Positions 1 through 12,799 of a stretch of DNA of 64,000 nt are shown in pieces. Positions within the stretch are counted from its first letter, which is position 1; each line of letters opens with the position of its first letter. Below the pieces are notes generated by a model. The model did not search any database and was not told the DNA's origin. It saw only the letters and a list, made by a program, of their open reading frames with translations. A program made the position numbers and the translations under genes. Source of the stretch: Squalus acanthias (taxonomy: Eukaryota). The stretch lies in assembly GCA_030390025.1 (NCBI GenBank), contig CM059437.1:68324001-68388000 (forward strand), written 5' to 3'.

Positions 1-1317
1 GCCCGAGCCACGTGCAAATTGGCATAGAAGCAGACAGATCAGTAGAATTAACATGTGGCTAAAGGGTTGGTGTGGGAAAGAGGGGTTCCTTTTCATGGGA
101 CACTGGCACCAGTTCTGGGACAGGAAGGAGCTGTACCGATGGGACTGGCTCCACCTGAACCAGGATGAGACCCGTGTCCTAGCAGAAAGGGTAAATAGGG
201 AGGTGGCAAAGGCTTTAAACTAGTAAGATGGGGGGAGGGGCCTACAAGAAACGTAACCAGCCTAATTATAACAGGAAAAGAGAGCATAGGAAAGAATAAA
301 GTAAGGGAGTAGCTGTACTTATTAGGGATAACATAATGGCAGTAGAAAAAAGTGACACAGCTATCAGCAAGACAAAAATAGAATCCATATGGAGAGAGAT
401 AAAATATAATAAAGGATCAATCACACTAATAGGTGTAGTCTACAGACCAGCTAACAGTGGAAGGGAGGTGGAGGAAGAAATATGCAGACAAATTAGGGAA
501 ATGACTAAAAAGCATAGAATAATGAATCATGGGGGATTTCAACTACCCCAATATTAATTGGACAAAAGAGGTAGGTAAAGGGGTTAAGGGAATTGAGTTC
601 CTACAATGTGTACAGGACTCATTTATAACCAAATATGTAAAAAGCACAACAAGGGAGGATTCGCCATTAGATCTAGTAATGGGGAATGAACCAGATCAGA
701 TAAGAGAAGTAAAAGTAGGGGAACACCTAGGCAATAGTGACCATAATATAATATGCTTTAAGATGATAATTGAGAAGGACATAAGTATGACAAAAAAACA
801 GGGTAATAGATTGGAGAAAAGTTGATTTTGAGGGGCTGAGAATAGAACTTGGGAGAATAAAATGGGCAACAACATTGGGAAACAACGATGGGAAACATTT
901 AAAACGGTGTTCAACAGAGTGCAGGAACAATATATTCTGCTAAAAGGAAAGAACAAACTAAACACTAATGAGACTCCATGGATAAATAAAGCCATAAGGG
1001 AACAATTGAGGGTAAGGAAAGAGGCATACATTAAGTATGTAGACAGCAGGGGAGTGCATGATAAGGGAGAATATGAAGAGATTAGGAGAGAAGTCAAAAA
1101 AACAATTAGGAAGGCAAAGAGGAACTATGAAATTAAATTATCAAGGAACATAAAACAAAATAATAAAATATTTTACAGGCATATCAAAAAAAAAGGAAGG
1201 TTGGGATGGGAATAGGGCCATTAAGGGATAGACAATACCACAGGTAACGATAGAGAGATGGCAGAAATATTAAATAATTATTTTGCTTCAATATTTACTA
1301 GGGAGCTAGAGCAGGTG

Positions 1318-1449
1318 CAAAAGCAAAATACTGCGGATGCTGGAAATCTGAAATAAAAACAGAAAATGCTGGAAATACTCAACAGGTCAGGCAGCATCTG
1401 TGGAGAGAGAAACAGAGTTAACGTTTCAGTTCGATGACCCTTCGTCAGA
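1318..1449 (-). mobile_element. Short Penelope-like/SINE-like repeat inserted into the CR1, with 11-bp TSD
   Basis: TAGAGCAGGTG flanks both sides (1307-1317 and 1450-1460). The same repeat recurs at 15670-15870. The minus strand begins TCTGACGAAGGGTCATCGAACTGAAACGTTAAC. The Penelope assignment is from recall. Confidence 0.75.
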
Positions 1450-1531
1450 TAGAGCAGGTGGACATGACATTGGACATGATGAGATTAGTAATGAGATAAG
1501 TGCATTTAAAATAAAAAGATAGGATATATTA

Positions 1532-2401
1532 CATAGAAACATAGAAGATAGGAGCAGGAGTAGGCCATTCGGCCCCTCGAGCCTGCTCCGCCATTCGATG
1601 AGATCATGGCTGATCATCCAAACTCAGTACCCTGTACCTGCCTTCTCCCCATATCCCTTGATACCTTTAGCTTTAAGAAATATATCTAACTCATTCTTGA
1701 ATATATTTAATGACTTGGCCTCAACTACCTTCTGTGGTAAAGAATTCCACAGGTTCACCACTCTCTGGGTGAAGAAATTCCTCCTCATTTCAGTCCTAAA
1801 TGGCTTACCCCTTATCCTTAGATTATGACCCCTGGTTCTGGACTCTCCAACCATCGGGAACATTCTTCCTGCATCTAGTTTGTCCAGACCTGTCAGAATT
1901 TTATATGTTTCGATGAGATCCCCTCTCATTCTTCTATACTCCAGCGAGTATAAGCCCAATCGACCCAATCTCTCCTCATATGTCATTCCTGCCATCCCAG
2001 GTATCAGCCTTGTGAATCTTCGCTGAACTCCCTCCATGGCAAGAACATCCTTCCTCAGATAAGGCAACCAAAACTGCACACAGTACTCAAGGTGTGGTCT
2101 CACCAAGGCCCTGTACAGCTGCAGCAGGACATCCCTGTTCCTATACTCAAACCCTTTCGCTATGAAGGCCAACATACCATTTGCCTTCTTCACCGCCTGC
2201 TGCACCTGCATGCTTACCTTCAGCGACTGGTGCACAAGGACACCCAGGTCTCGTTGCACTTCCCCTTCTCCCAATCTATTGCCATTCAGATAATAGTCTG
2301 CCTTTCTGTTTTTGACACCAAAGTGGATAACCTCGCATTTATCCACGTTATATTGCATCTGCCACGCTTCTGCCCACTCACCCAACCTGTCCAAATCATC
2401 C
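1532..2401 (-). mobile_element. 5'-truncated CR1 LINE of a second subfamily, nested in opposite orientation
   Basis: Uninterrupted RT C-terminal ORF 1624..2403 (QYNVDKCEVIHFG, LVRPHLEYCVQFW, FFTQRVVNLWNSLP) and a TTCTATGT-type 3' tail. The host CR1 rejoins across ATTA at 1528-1531 and 2402-2405. Confidence 0.92.
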
Positions 2402-4754
2402 ATTAAATAAACTAATCAAACTCAAAGAGGATAAAACCCCTGGTCCGGATGGATCGCATCCATACATTTTAAAAGAATCTAGGGAAGCAATAGCAGAGGC
2501 ATTACTACACATATTTAATAATGTGTTAGAAAAAGGTGTAGTGCCAGAGGACTGGTGGATAGCTAACGTAATACCTACATTTAAGAAAGGGGATAGAACA
2601 AGTCCAGGGAATTATACACCAGTTAGCTTAACATCGGTGGTAGGAAAAATAATGGAATTCCTATTAAAGGAGAAAATAGAAGAACATCTAGAAACCAAAA
2701 ACATAGTAATGAATAGTCAGCATGGAAAGGGAAAGTCTTGCTTGACCAACCTCATTGAATTTTTTGAGGAGGTAACAGAGAGAGTAGATAATGGTAATGC
2801 AGTAGATGTAATTTATCTAGATTTTCAAAAGGCCTTCGATAAGGTACCCCATAATAGACTGATGAACAAAGTCAGAGAATGCGCAGTCAGGATATAAGTA
2901 GTAGAATGAATAGCTAGCTGGCTTCAAGACAGAAAGCAGAGAGTAGGGGTAAAAGGTAGCTATTCACAGTGGCAGAAGGTAGGTAGTGGTGTTCCACAAG
3001 TATCAGTGCTGGGACCACTGTTGTTCACAATTTTTATTAACGATTTAGACTTTGGAACCACAAACACAATTTCTAAATTTGCGGATGACACCAAATTTGG
3101 GGGGGGGGGGATAGTCAATACTGAGGAGGACTGCAACAAATTACAGGAGGACATTAATAAACTTGCAGAATAGGCATATAATTGGCAAATTAAGTTCAAC
3201 ACAGATAAATGTGAGGTATTACATTTTGGTAGGAAGAATAGGGAGGTCACTTATTACTTGGAGGATGCGAGTCTAGGTGGGGTAGAGGAACAAAGGGATC
3301 TGGGCGTACAAATACACAAATGACTAAAAGTTGCGACACAGGTTAGCAAGGCCATAAAAAAAGCAAACCAAGCACTAGGGTTTATTTCTAGAGGGATAGA
3401 ATTGAAAAGTAGGGAAGTTATGCTAAACCTGTATCAAACCTTGGTTAGACCACACTTAGAGTACTGCATACAGTTCTGGTCGCCATATTATAGAAAGGAT
3501 ATAGAGGCACTGAAGAGGGTGCAGAGAAGATTTACAAGGATGATACCAGAAATGCGAAGGTATACCTATCAGGAAAAGATGAACAGTCTGGGTCTCTTTT
3601 CTCTTGAAAAAAGAAGGCTGAGGGGTGACCTAATAGACGTCTTTAAAATTATGAAAGGTTTTGATAGAGTGGATACAGAGAGAGTGTTTCCACTTGTGGG
3701 AAAGAGCATAACTAGAGACCATCAATATAAGATAGTCACCAAGAAATCCAATAGGGAATTCAGAAGAAACTTCTTTACCCAAAGAGTGGTGAGAATGTGG
3801 AACTCGCTACCACAGGGAGTGGTTGAAGCAAAAAGTATAGATGCATTTAAGGGGAGGCTAGACAAGCATATGAGGGAGAAAGGAATAGAGGGTTACGCTG
3901 ATAGATTTAGATGAGGAAAGATGGGAGGAGGCTCGAGTGGAGCATAAATACTGGCATGGACTGGATGGGCCGAATGGCCTGTTTCTGTGCCGTATATCCT
4001 ATGTGATCCTATGTAATCCTATGATTCACTGCCACATTTTGTTTAGTTCATTTATAATAAAGTACATTAGGTTTCAACTTTGGCACATATCCCTTGAATA
4101 TTTTCATTTCTTGGTAGAAAATTTCAGTAGACCTTTTTTAACAACAGCCAATAATATGATCTGACTACCTTAACACACAAGTCTACTTCTACCTACACCA
4201 TCAAAAACATAATTTTGATTTGACACCTTGATGACTGCCATATCAGTGCTTGGATATTGATTGAAGTCAAAATCCAACCAGATGTGTGCATTATTTGCAC
4301 AAATAATCTTACAATGCAACATCTTTTTGTTATGCCTAAGATGTTATGCTACAAATCCCAACTTGGAAAACTGTGATCCAAATATAGGTACACCAAAGCA
4401 AAAGTGAACACCCAGTCAGCATCTGGGTAGCTCCCACGTAGACAGTAGAAGATCACATTGAACTGAAGATATACAGAAAAATTTCAGCTGGAAAGACAGA
4501 TATTGAAACATTATTCTGCAACCACAAATTAAGAACAGCAATTTCTAATCTTTATGACAAAACTATGGAAGTTCATACTATTGAGAAAGTACACCCCCAA
4601 ACAGAATGATAAGCAGGCATATTAAAGAGGAAGACTTGTAACAGTGAACTTTCTCAGTTCTATAGCAGCTAGCAAAGATGTATTCCTATATATGGCCCTG
4701 CCTTTTGCACTCTAGTTCCATTATAGATCATGAACGATACTAAATCAAATAATT

Positions 4755-4880
4755 GGGGTGGATTTTAACCGTGCATAAAACTAGCATTGCGGTTGGGCCA
4801 CCAATTACACAGACTGCCTGATTTTTATTTTCATCCCCAACGCCGGTTTTATGCCCGGATGGTAAGTTGAAAATCTACCC
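4755..4880. mobile_element. Small MITE with terminal and subterminal inverted repeats (Harbinger-like ends)
   Basis: Left end GGGTGGATTTTAAC matches the right end reverse complement GGGTAGATTTTCAAC. The inner pair is GCATAAAACTAGCATTG / CAACGCCGGTTTTATGC. No clean TSD. Confidence 0.6.
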
Positions 4881-4924
4881 AAATATGTCATGAACTTACA
4901 TTACCAGCAATATAGATACAAAAG

Positions 4925-5004
4925 CAAATAGAAAGTATCACCAAAAGATGCAGTTCTGCTGCCATTTTAACATAACTGCATCTTTTGGTGATACTTTCTA
5001 TTTG
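4925..5004. repeat. Perfect 31-bp inverted repeat with 18-nt spacer
   Basis: CAAATAGAAAGTATCACCAAAAGATGCAGTT at 4925-4955 and its exact reverse complement at 4974-5004. Confidence 0.95.
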
Positions 5005-7287
5005 TCTTTGTGGTTTGAGATGCATATACCTATAATTGACAATATAACTTGGCAATCAGATCCTGATCAGACTTAGTGCACTAAAGCCAAGTGATGTTAA
5101 ATCCCTGCCAAGAGACCATTTCACACTAATTTGAGTTTACACATGGTGCATTATAACTCCAGCCAGAGCAAAGCTGCACTTTTTTAAATGTCTAGGTGAT
5201 CCCATTTACTTTTTGATGTTTTTAATGGGAGGAGAAAGTGGACTCTGCCACTTGTGTTCTTCTAACATTAAAATTAACTTTCTAGGGACCACCCTGGCAT
5301 GCATACCAAAACCTCCTTTGTCTCTGATCTCAGTGCAACCTGCAGTCAGTAGTATAACTCTGATCTGCCAACTGTGCTTCACATTCTACAGATTAGACGG
5401 CTAGCTTGAGTATGACTAAGAGCAGTATCTGTTGGCTGCTGTGCACTGTCAGAAGACTCTTGTTACACTATAGACTGATCTCAGTGTGACTGGATGTGAG
5501 GTGCAGCAACAATAATAATCTGCTCATATCCTCATATGTGCTTTGCAAAATGTTGAGTTCCCAGCAGCTAGTTAGAAAATGTGTGCGTGGGAGCATCTAT
5601 TCTTCTGTAACATTAAAAAGGTTCCATATTAAGTTTTGAAAGTTCCCAAACAGTCTAATGGACCACCTAGGCATGTTTAAAATGAGGCTTCACACTGGAT
5701 TTGAGTTTTACTGAAGAAGGTGCAAGTTTGAGATGGCTTCTTGGAGAAAGTTTTGCTTAGCTTTAGTGTGGTTACTCTGTTGCTCTAGTGAGTTCTACTG
5801 AGTTTACACTTCACGGTGTACCTGATACTACTTTACGTCAACACAGAAGAGATAATATAACTGTCCCCCAGAACTGCCTAACATCAATGGAGAACTTGCT
5901 TTTGGCTCCATTTTTTCAGCTCTAAAGAAGAATGGTAAAGGATAGTTAATAAAACAGTTTAAACTAGAAAAAGGGATAAGTACATAGCTATTGTCGAAAT
6001 TATCAAAAGTGTCAGTACATGTAACATAGAGGAGGGAAATCTGGAATCATTAACATGTGTAATATTGATCAATTTGCATTATGAAAGTTGAAAATCTCGC
6101 CCCTTTTTAAGAAAAATATACAATTGCATTAGAACATATAAATAAAATCATAGAATATAACTACTCAGAAGTTAATTTGATTTTGTTGCATTTAAAAGCA
6201 TTGTTAGATTAATAATGATACATTACTGGAATTTACATCAAAAGAAAACTGTTTAAAAGGCTGTTCAATCCAAAACGTGATTATACAGTGTCGTCTCTGT
6301 AAGTGTTTGAAAACAGCAGAGAGTGATGCAGTTTAAACCATAATAACAGCTTGACTTACTGAATGTGTCGTACGACGTGATTTTCCTCTTTGTTTCTGTT
6401 CTGGTAGCGAATTAATAGGGAATTAAATTGACAAAGGTAGTTCATGACATATGTTTGATTTAGTATCGTAACAGAACCACAAACTTTGTCACTGAAGTCA
6501 GAGAAATTAGAGACATTTAACTATTGTCAGCAATCTGCTCTTTTAGGTTTTCTGGTATTGCATTCCATCAGCACAGTATTTAGTGATCTGTTAACAAATA
6601 CAGGTATGTATATAGACACAATTAAGTGCCCGTTCTACCGTGTATTTTAAATAATAGTTTTTTCCATAATAAAACTAATTCATCATATGCAGAAATACTT
6701 CATTAGCACATAAACTTCGATATACACGTATTCATTTTTTTTAAACCTGGAGGCATTCTTTGACAATCTAACTAAATATGTTATTAATGAAAGCCGATTT
6801 CAGGTAAAATCCACACAAGGTCAAAATCGGCTGTTTAATAATTTGTAGTGTTGATGATAGCGTTGCTGGCTGTTGAGATTAGGTGGTTAAACAAGATCGA
6901 CTCCTTTGGTATTCACTCTGTTATGGGTCAGTGCTTCAGTCAAAAAATGCAGCACTAGTCATAAGTGGAATTTGCATAGGTGAAAGCAAAGTGCTGATGC
7001 AAGCCAGAGCAGTCAAGTATTGTTAATGACAAACACAGTACATGAGCAGAATGCATATTTAATTTACAAAATGTGGAAATGGGGACAAAATTGAGGCTAT
7101 GCATCACAGCGGCGATTTTTGTTAAGTATAAAGCTCGCAGAAAAGAAGGTACAGTACTTGCAAATAAGTACAGCACAATAATTTTAATCCCAAGCAATTG
7201 TAAAACTAATGGACAGCAATTTGTTAGGATTTCAGCCAAACTGAACACTTTTCAAATAATACAACTGCATGCTTCTAGGTAGTTTAA

Positions 7288-7308
7288 TTGTGTGTGTGTG
7301 TGTGTGTG
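7288..7308. repeat. (TG)n microsatellite
   Basis: Directly visible TG run. Confidence 0.9.
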
Positions 7309-10300
7309 CGCTGGACATCCAGTACACATCTCTTGTTTAAAAAAATTGTTTAAATTGCAAATTCTGTTACTTTAATATGATTAAGTCTCGAAATAAGAAA
7401 TTCTATTGAAAGTGAACTTGATTTTACTGGAGTGTGCGAGAGAGAGAGAAATTGCAAGTATTCTGCGCCTGTCTTTATGTTTGCGTGCGATCTGTGTGCG
7501 CTTGTATTATATGCGGGAGAGTGTGTATGTATGTCTGTGTGTATGTATGTGGGAGGGTCACCCCTGCGCGCGTTAGACAGCGGTGTCTTTGTCTGAAAGA
7601 GGTATCTGTACTTTTGTGTGCTATATTATTAGCTGTTAACCCCCATCGTCCATACTTCTCTGGGGGCTGTCCTGCAGGACCAGGGACAACTCCTGGAAGC
7701 CTATTGATGTTTCTTGTGCACGTATGTAGGCCCTTCGTGCGGTGCAGTCTTCTTATCTTCAGGGCTGACTTCCTTACAATTAGATTGCAATCTTTATCTT
7801 CTGAGGCAATAAGATATGGTAATCAAATGAAGACCGTGAATATAATTGTTTCAGTTCGAAGTACAACTTTCGATAACACGCATCTATGCAGGAAGTATGC
7901 TGTACATCAGTGCCTTCTTTTGACTTTCCATGTTGATGTGTGAACCTATGAATAGTATTGGTTGAAGGAGTAGTTGAGAATTTTCAGGGGGAAAGCATTG
8001 TAAGTAGAATGCTAATTGGGGTGCTACTAAGCAATACGGTTGCTGAATTATGCACAGATGATTAGTTTTTGCATCACATGATGTAGAAACTAATCATGAA
8101 GTGCAGTATTCCACAATAACACACAGTCACATGAAAAGAACAGGAACTAGAGTGAAAGCATCACTTTATATACATTTACACATATACACAATGAATAGTA
8201 TACCTTTATCTTTACAATGTACTGCCTGTGGCATTATTCCAAACATCACTCCCAGTGTTGTGTCATTAAATTCAGAAAAAAATAAGTCTGCACCTCATTT
8301 AATATTTTAAAATAATATAGGTTAGTTTCAACACGAACACGAAAGTTGATGCATATCGAGACATTGGGTAGGTTAACACGTTGATGGGGTTGGTCTATGC
8401 ATTTGGCAACGGAAATGCACAAACGTGATATTGGAAACAAAAATAAATTCCAGTCAGGCACTGGTTCACACAAGACTGGAATACAGTATAACATCGTCAG
8501 CAATAGTCTCACATTAAAATAGTGAACCCAGCATATGTTATATTTAGTTTTACAAGGTGATACTTGTTAAAAATTATAATTGTATGTTTAATTCCATTTT
8601 GCTAAAGGGCAGTGGGTAAGCTTTCCCATTTTGTATTAAAAATGTAAATTTTTTTAACACATTTGCATGTACTGAAAACCGGTCATACATTTTCACGTAA
8701 TGTGTTACACAGTACAAAATATGATTTCGAGGCAGGAAAATAGATTAATTAAGGCATATTTTACTATTTAACATTGAAATCATTTCAGAATATTAAGCTG
8801 AACTTAAAGCAAAATATCTTTCATTTGCTTTTGCTTGTATTTGATTACGAGCAATCACAGAGGATATTTACATAAATATATCATGTAAATATTTGGTATT
8901 GTTTTCATTTTAATGCGCCGTTGGAAAGTTCACAATGCTGAAACACGTAGCCTTAACAATGCTCTTGGAGGTCACTTGGCATGATGGACACTGAGGCCTT
9001 AATCTTTGTAACCAACTTTCACTGCAAATTCCAAATAAATCACGATCACACCTATTGGTGCCAATTAACACCTTTTATATTAATTCACCCAGCCTGGTGT
9101 GGAAAAAAAACTAACATCTTAATGTCTAATTAGCATAGGAAGTGCACACCAAATTACTGCCATTCTGTCGTGATACAAGCGCAGGAGAAATACCACCACA
9201 CAGATCTGTGATCCCTGGTTTCCCCGTGTAAGCAGCTTTCCGGGGTGGCTTTTGTAAGATCCATTGCGAACATCACTGTTCAATTTGCTTGGGTGGATCG
9301 AAGTTTTACACGGCAAATGCGATTGGAAAATTGGAGCGGTCCAGAAGTATGTTACTTAACTATAAATACAATGATAACTACAAGCAAGCTTATTTGTAGC
9401 AGCTATATTGTGGTTATTCGGGAAATTACACCAGTGGTGCACAAGTTTATACCAATATGGCTACCATTTTTCGTTACTAGTGAAACAAAACAGCGCAGTA
9501 AACGTCGGTCACTGTGGACTTTCGTTTAAATGGAACCGGTGTTCAGGCCTAGATTCATGTCCCACACTCTATAATGACAGATGGCTGTTTTATAGACTGG
9601 AGTGACTAACTACTTCATTGGAATGATTCTTCACCGGCGCTGTAACAGGATTAACAAATAAAAAATTATGTTAACCAAAAGCCATGGTCACTTTAATTTC
9701 CGTGTACTTGACATGTATTAGGTTTCTTTGTGACGAATTCTGATTCCGTGCCTTGTCGGCGCTGATTTGGAGGTAAACTCCTCGTAACGCTGTACAATGC
9801 AGTCAACGCCCAAGGCGTTCGGTGTGATGGTTATAATCTGCCCACTGTTAGACAATAGGCCTTACCTCTTGGCTATATACTGCATGTTATTTGGCTGGCG
9901 GAGATCACTTTGCGCGGTCTTTACCCAATGAGGGAATTGGATAAATGGGACGTTCCTTCAGCATGTAGGTTATTCATATTGGGAGTCTTCTAAACTTATT
10001 TTGATGACAACTTAATGCATTTTAAAAGCTGCTTTGGTGACCATATGTGTTCTGGAGAGTTTTGTAAAGCGTGTGAATATTAACTAATTCGGTATGACGG
10101 ATACAAATATGGGTCTCGGATTTTAAAACAAATAATGTTCACACCAGTTCAGTGAGCTAAAGTCACTGAGCAAAATATTTCAGGAAGAGATTTAAAAATT
10201 CGGAAAAGAATTTAAGAATATAATTGGTCGGTTAATCGAAAAGAAAAGCACTTGGGGCAGTGTGAAGGTACAAAAGCAGCCGTATCGTATTGGTTGATAA

Positions 10301-11299
10301 CAGACGGTCCCTTCTCCTTGCAGCTTTCCTGCAGAAGATCGGTACTCAGGGTTTCTGTGGGTCTGCTGCCAGGTTCCTGTTCAGGGACATGACTCTTCTC
10401 ATTTTTCTCGCGTGACTGCCTCACATTCAGTGGCAATCCTGATTCCGCGTCATTTTCGTGTATACACTCCCTGTTATAGGGTGCGAACAACGTGTGATGG
10501 CCAATGAAGCTTTCAAATTATCATTGGCAAACACAATAGGGTTGTGCTGCGTTGTTCTTAGGCAACATTAGCCTGACGAGTCTCTGTAATGTGACTTAAT
10601 AATTATTGCTCATTCCCTTCTTTTGTTTAGTTACATGTTTATTTTCAATTAAATGTAGATTAAATTTCTAGCAGCAATGCAGATTGCTGTATCTGCAACC
10701 AATTACCCTACTTGGCACTTTTATTTTGACAGAAACTGCTGTAACAGGATTAGACCATTTAACAAAAACACCTAGCTATTTTATTGTTTACTCTCGAATA
10801 TATAGCTTATGAAAGCAATTGTAAAAAAGTAGTTTCTTATTTAACAAAAGCGCTGTTCGTTGGTTTTATTCAGCTTTCAAAATGTGCCTCTTACTACCAT
10901 AAGCAAAGGTTCCCCATTAATAAAAAATTATGAAAAGCAAATAGTCTCTCATTTGCGTTTATGTTTCAGGTGCAATCTATCAGTTGTGATGTATTAACAA
11001 ATTAAAAAGTATGTGACGTAAAATGCAGTCTTCAATAGTCTGAACAGACACATCAGATTCAGATAATGTCTGACATCGCTGAAGGTCTCCAAAGCTGAAT
11101 CTTGTTGTGCCAAGATGCCAACTTGTGGTATAATACATGTATGTTGAGAAACGTGTACTATTTGGCATTTGTTACTTATTAATGTACTACAGCCTGGTAT
11201 CCTAGCCACTTACTGACTCTGTTACAGTGCCATGAATGTTGTGATATTGCAAAAGCAAAACCTATTTCACTAATTCATGTAAATCTTCGAAAACGTACG

Positions 11300-11770
11300 T
11301 GCTACATTGTTACCTTTGAGGGTGGTGGGGCCTTTGTGTTATCTGTTCAGTTCGTCTTTGATTTGACAGGCTTCTGTGCTGTGAAATTAAAACGTGTGTG
11401 TTTGCCTTTGTTTTGTTCAATGTTCTGTGACAAAATGCTCCTCTGCCAAACTCCTTCACACATTACAAGCCTTTGGGGATATCAAGGGCAGCTATAGAAG
11501 GGCTACCTGGAGAAAGGTTGCTACGGCAACCCTTTTAGCCCACAACTAGATTAGCATATTCATGAGGCTGTAATTTAAACCAGAATTGTCCACACTTGCA
11601 TAGTGGCCAGGATTTACTATGCAAATAGACTGGTTTTACAGGCTGCTGCTTAATTAACTCGTCAAGGCCATCTTCTCACTAAAAGGCAATCTAACTACAG
11701 ATTAATCTGCCTTTGTTTGCTGCCGTTCCTTCCTTTTGTGGTAAACATCAGGATTTGTAAAGAGAAGCAA
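11300..11770. promoter_or_regulatory. Candidate Lhx5 upstream enhancer
   Basis: Dense motif cluster: RFX X-box GTTGCTACGGCAAC (11517-11530), octamer ATGCAAAT (11619-11626), GCATATTCAT, TTAATTAA, palindromic AGATTAATCT, several CTTTGT (SOX/TCF) and GTAAACA (FOX). Confidence 0.55.
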
Positions 11771-12799
11771 GAGTCATTGCTCTGCACTTATTCAATGTTA
11801 TTTTCAGCTAAGCCTTTCCTTACAACTAGCTACATGACCTGAAAGATTTTTTTTTCCTTAACGCAACATTGTCATCCGGCCATGAACTTCTAGTGTAACT
11901 ACATTTCCTCAGTCGCTGCGTGATTTTCAACATAATTGGTGAATCAGTTATCATCAAGCTTCTTATAATCCACCAGCGATCATTTTACCTTCATTGAAGA
12001 TTGTTGTAACCTGTGTCTTCATGTAAAGTCGGCAATTTTGTCTGGGGTTTGTTCTCAACCCTGTTTAAAATACATTTGTTTTCTCTTGCGTTTATTGTCT
12101 TACCTTTTATATAACCATAGTATTGTATTCATTGTCTATCAATATTTATTAAGATGCACAGCTAGTATTGTCATTTGCATAACTTGTTCTTGCTTTCAAA
12201 CGGTATTACGTCTTTAGACAAAAGAATAAAAAAGGCTAAAAGTGTAATAAAGTAAAAGGAGGTGCAGAAGTGTTCATCCTTTGTCTAGATCAGATTTTCT
12301 GTACTATGGTGATCTTTCTGGTAACCTTATTATTACGGCGTTTGAATGATTGTTCTTATCTTAGGAACTCTTGTGTCCCAACTATCATTAGGTTTCTGAT
12401 ACAGAAAGGCTCAAAGCTGAGTCAGCTGGCTCTGTGACATGGGATTCCCTCCCTGATGGCAGCCAGTTGAGGATTTGGCTTTGCAAAGATATTATTGAGC
12501 GACGTTGGAATAATGAAATAGTTGATTTTTACATTTTCAGATAATGATTTGGACTATTAATGTTCGTTAAAAATACAATTTTTATGTAACAAGTGATATA
12601 TGTGTCTCGAAGTCTCCTCCCCCCCCCCCCCCCATCATGGGCTAAAAAAAAAATCAAGATGTAGACAATAATGTATCGAATTCGTTAATGTGCTGGAAGT
12701 AATTGCTTGATTCTGCACTTGTCAAAATATGGGCTCGCAGTGGAATTTGTGTTGAAACATTTAAGCCTCATTAACGGTATCATTTGGATAATATTCTGA

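Larger units (their letters stand above)
1..4023 (+). mobile_element. CR1-type LINE, decayed, with two nested insertions (ORF1 esterase C-terminus, APE endonuclease, reverse transcriptase, 3' UTR)
   Basis: About 55-222 reads WLKGWCGKEGF..HWHQFWDRKELYRWDWLHLN (CR1 ORF1 SGNH esterase-like). Endonuclease motifs are GVVYRP, MGDFNYPNINW and HLGNSDHN. RT motifs are GNYTPVSLTSVVGK, SCLTNLIEFF, YLDFQKAFDKVPH, KFADDTK and LVRPHLEYC. The 3' end has an ATCCTATGT-type repeat tail at ~3997-4023. Many stops and frameshifts. Confidence 0.95.

Noticed and set aside
7434-7943. 169-aa ORF
   Set aside because: Driven by TG/TATG low-complexity sequence (CVCVYV); no homology recognised.
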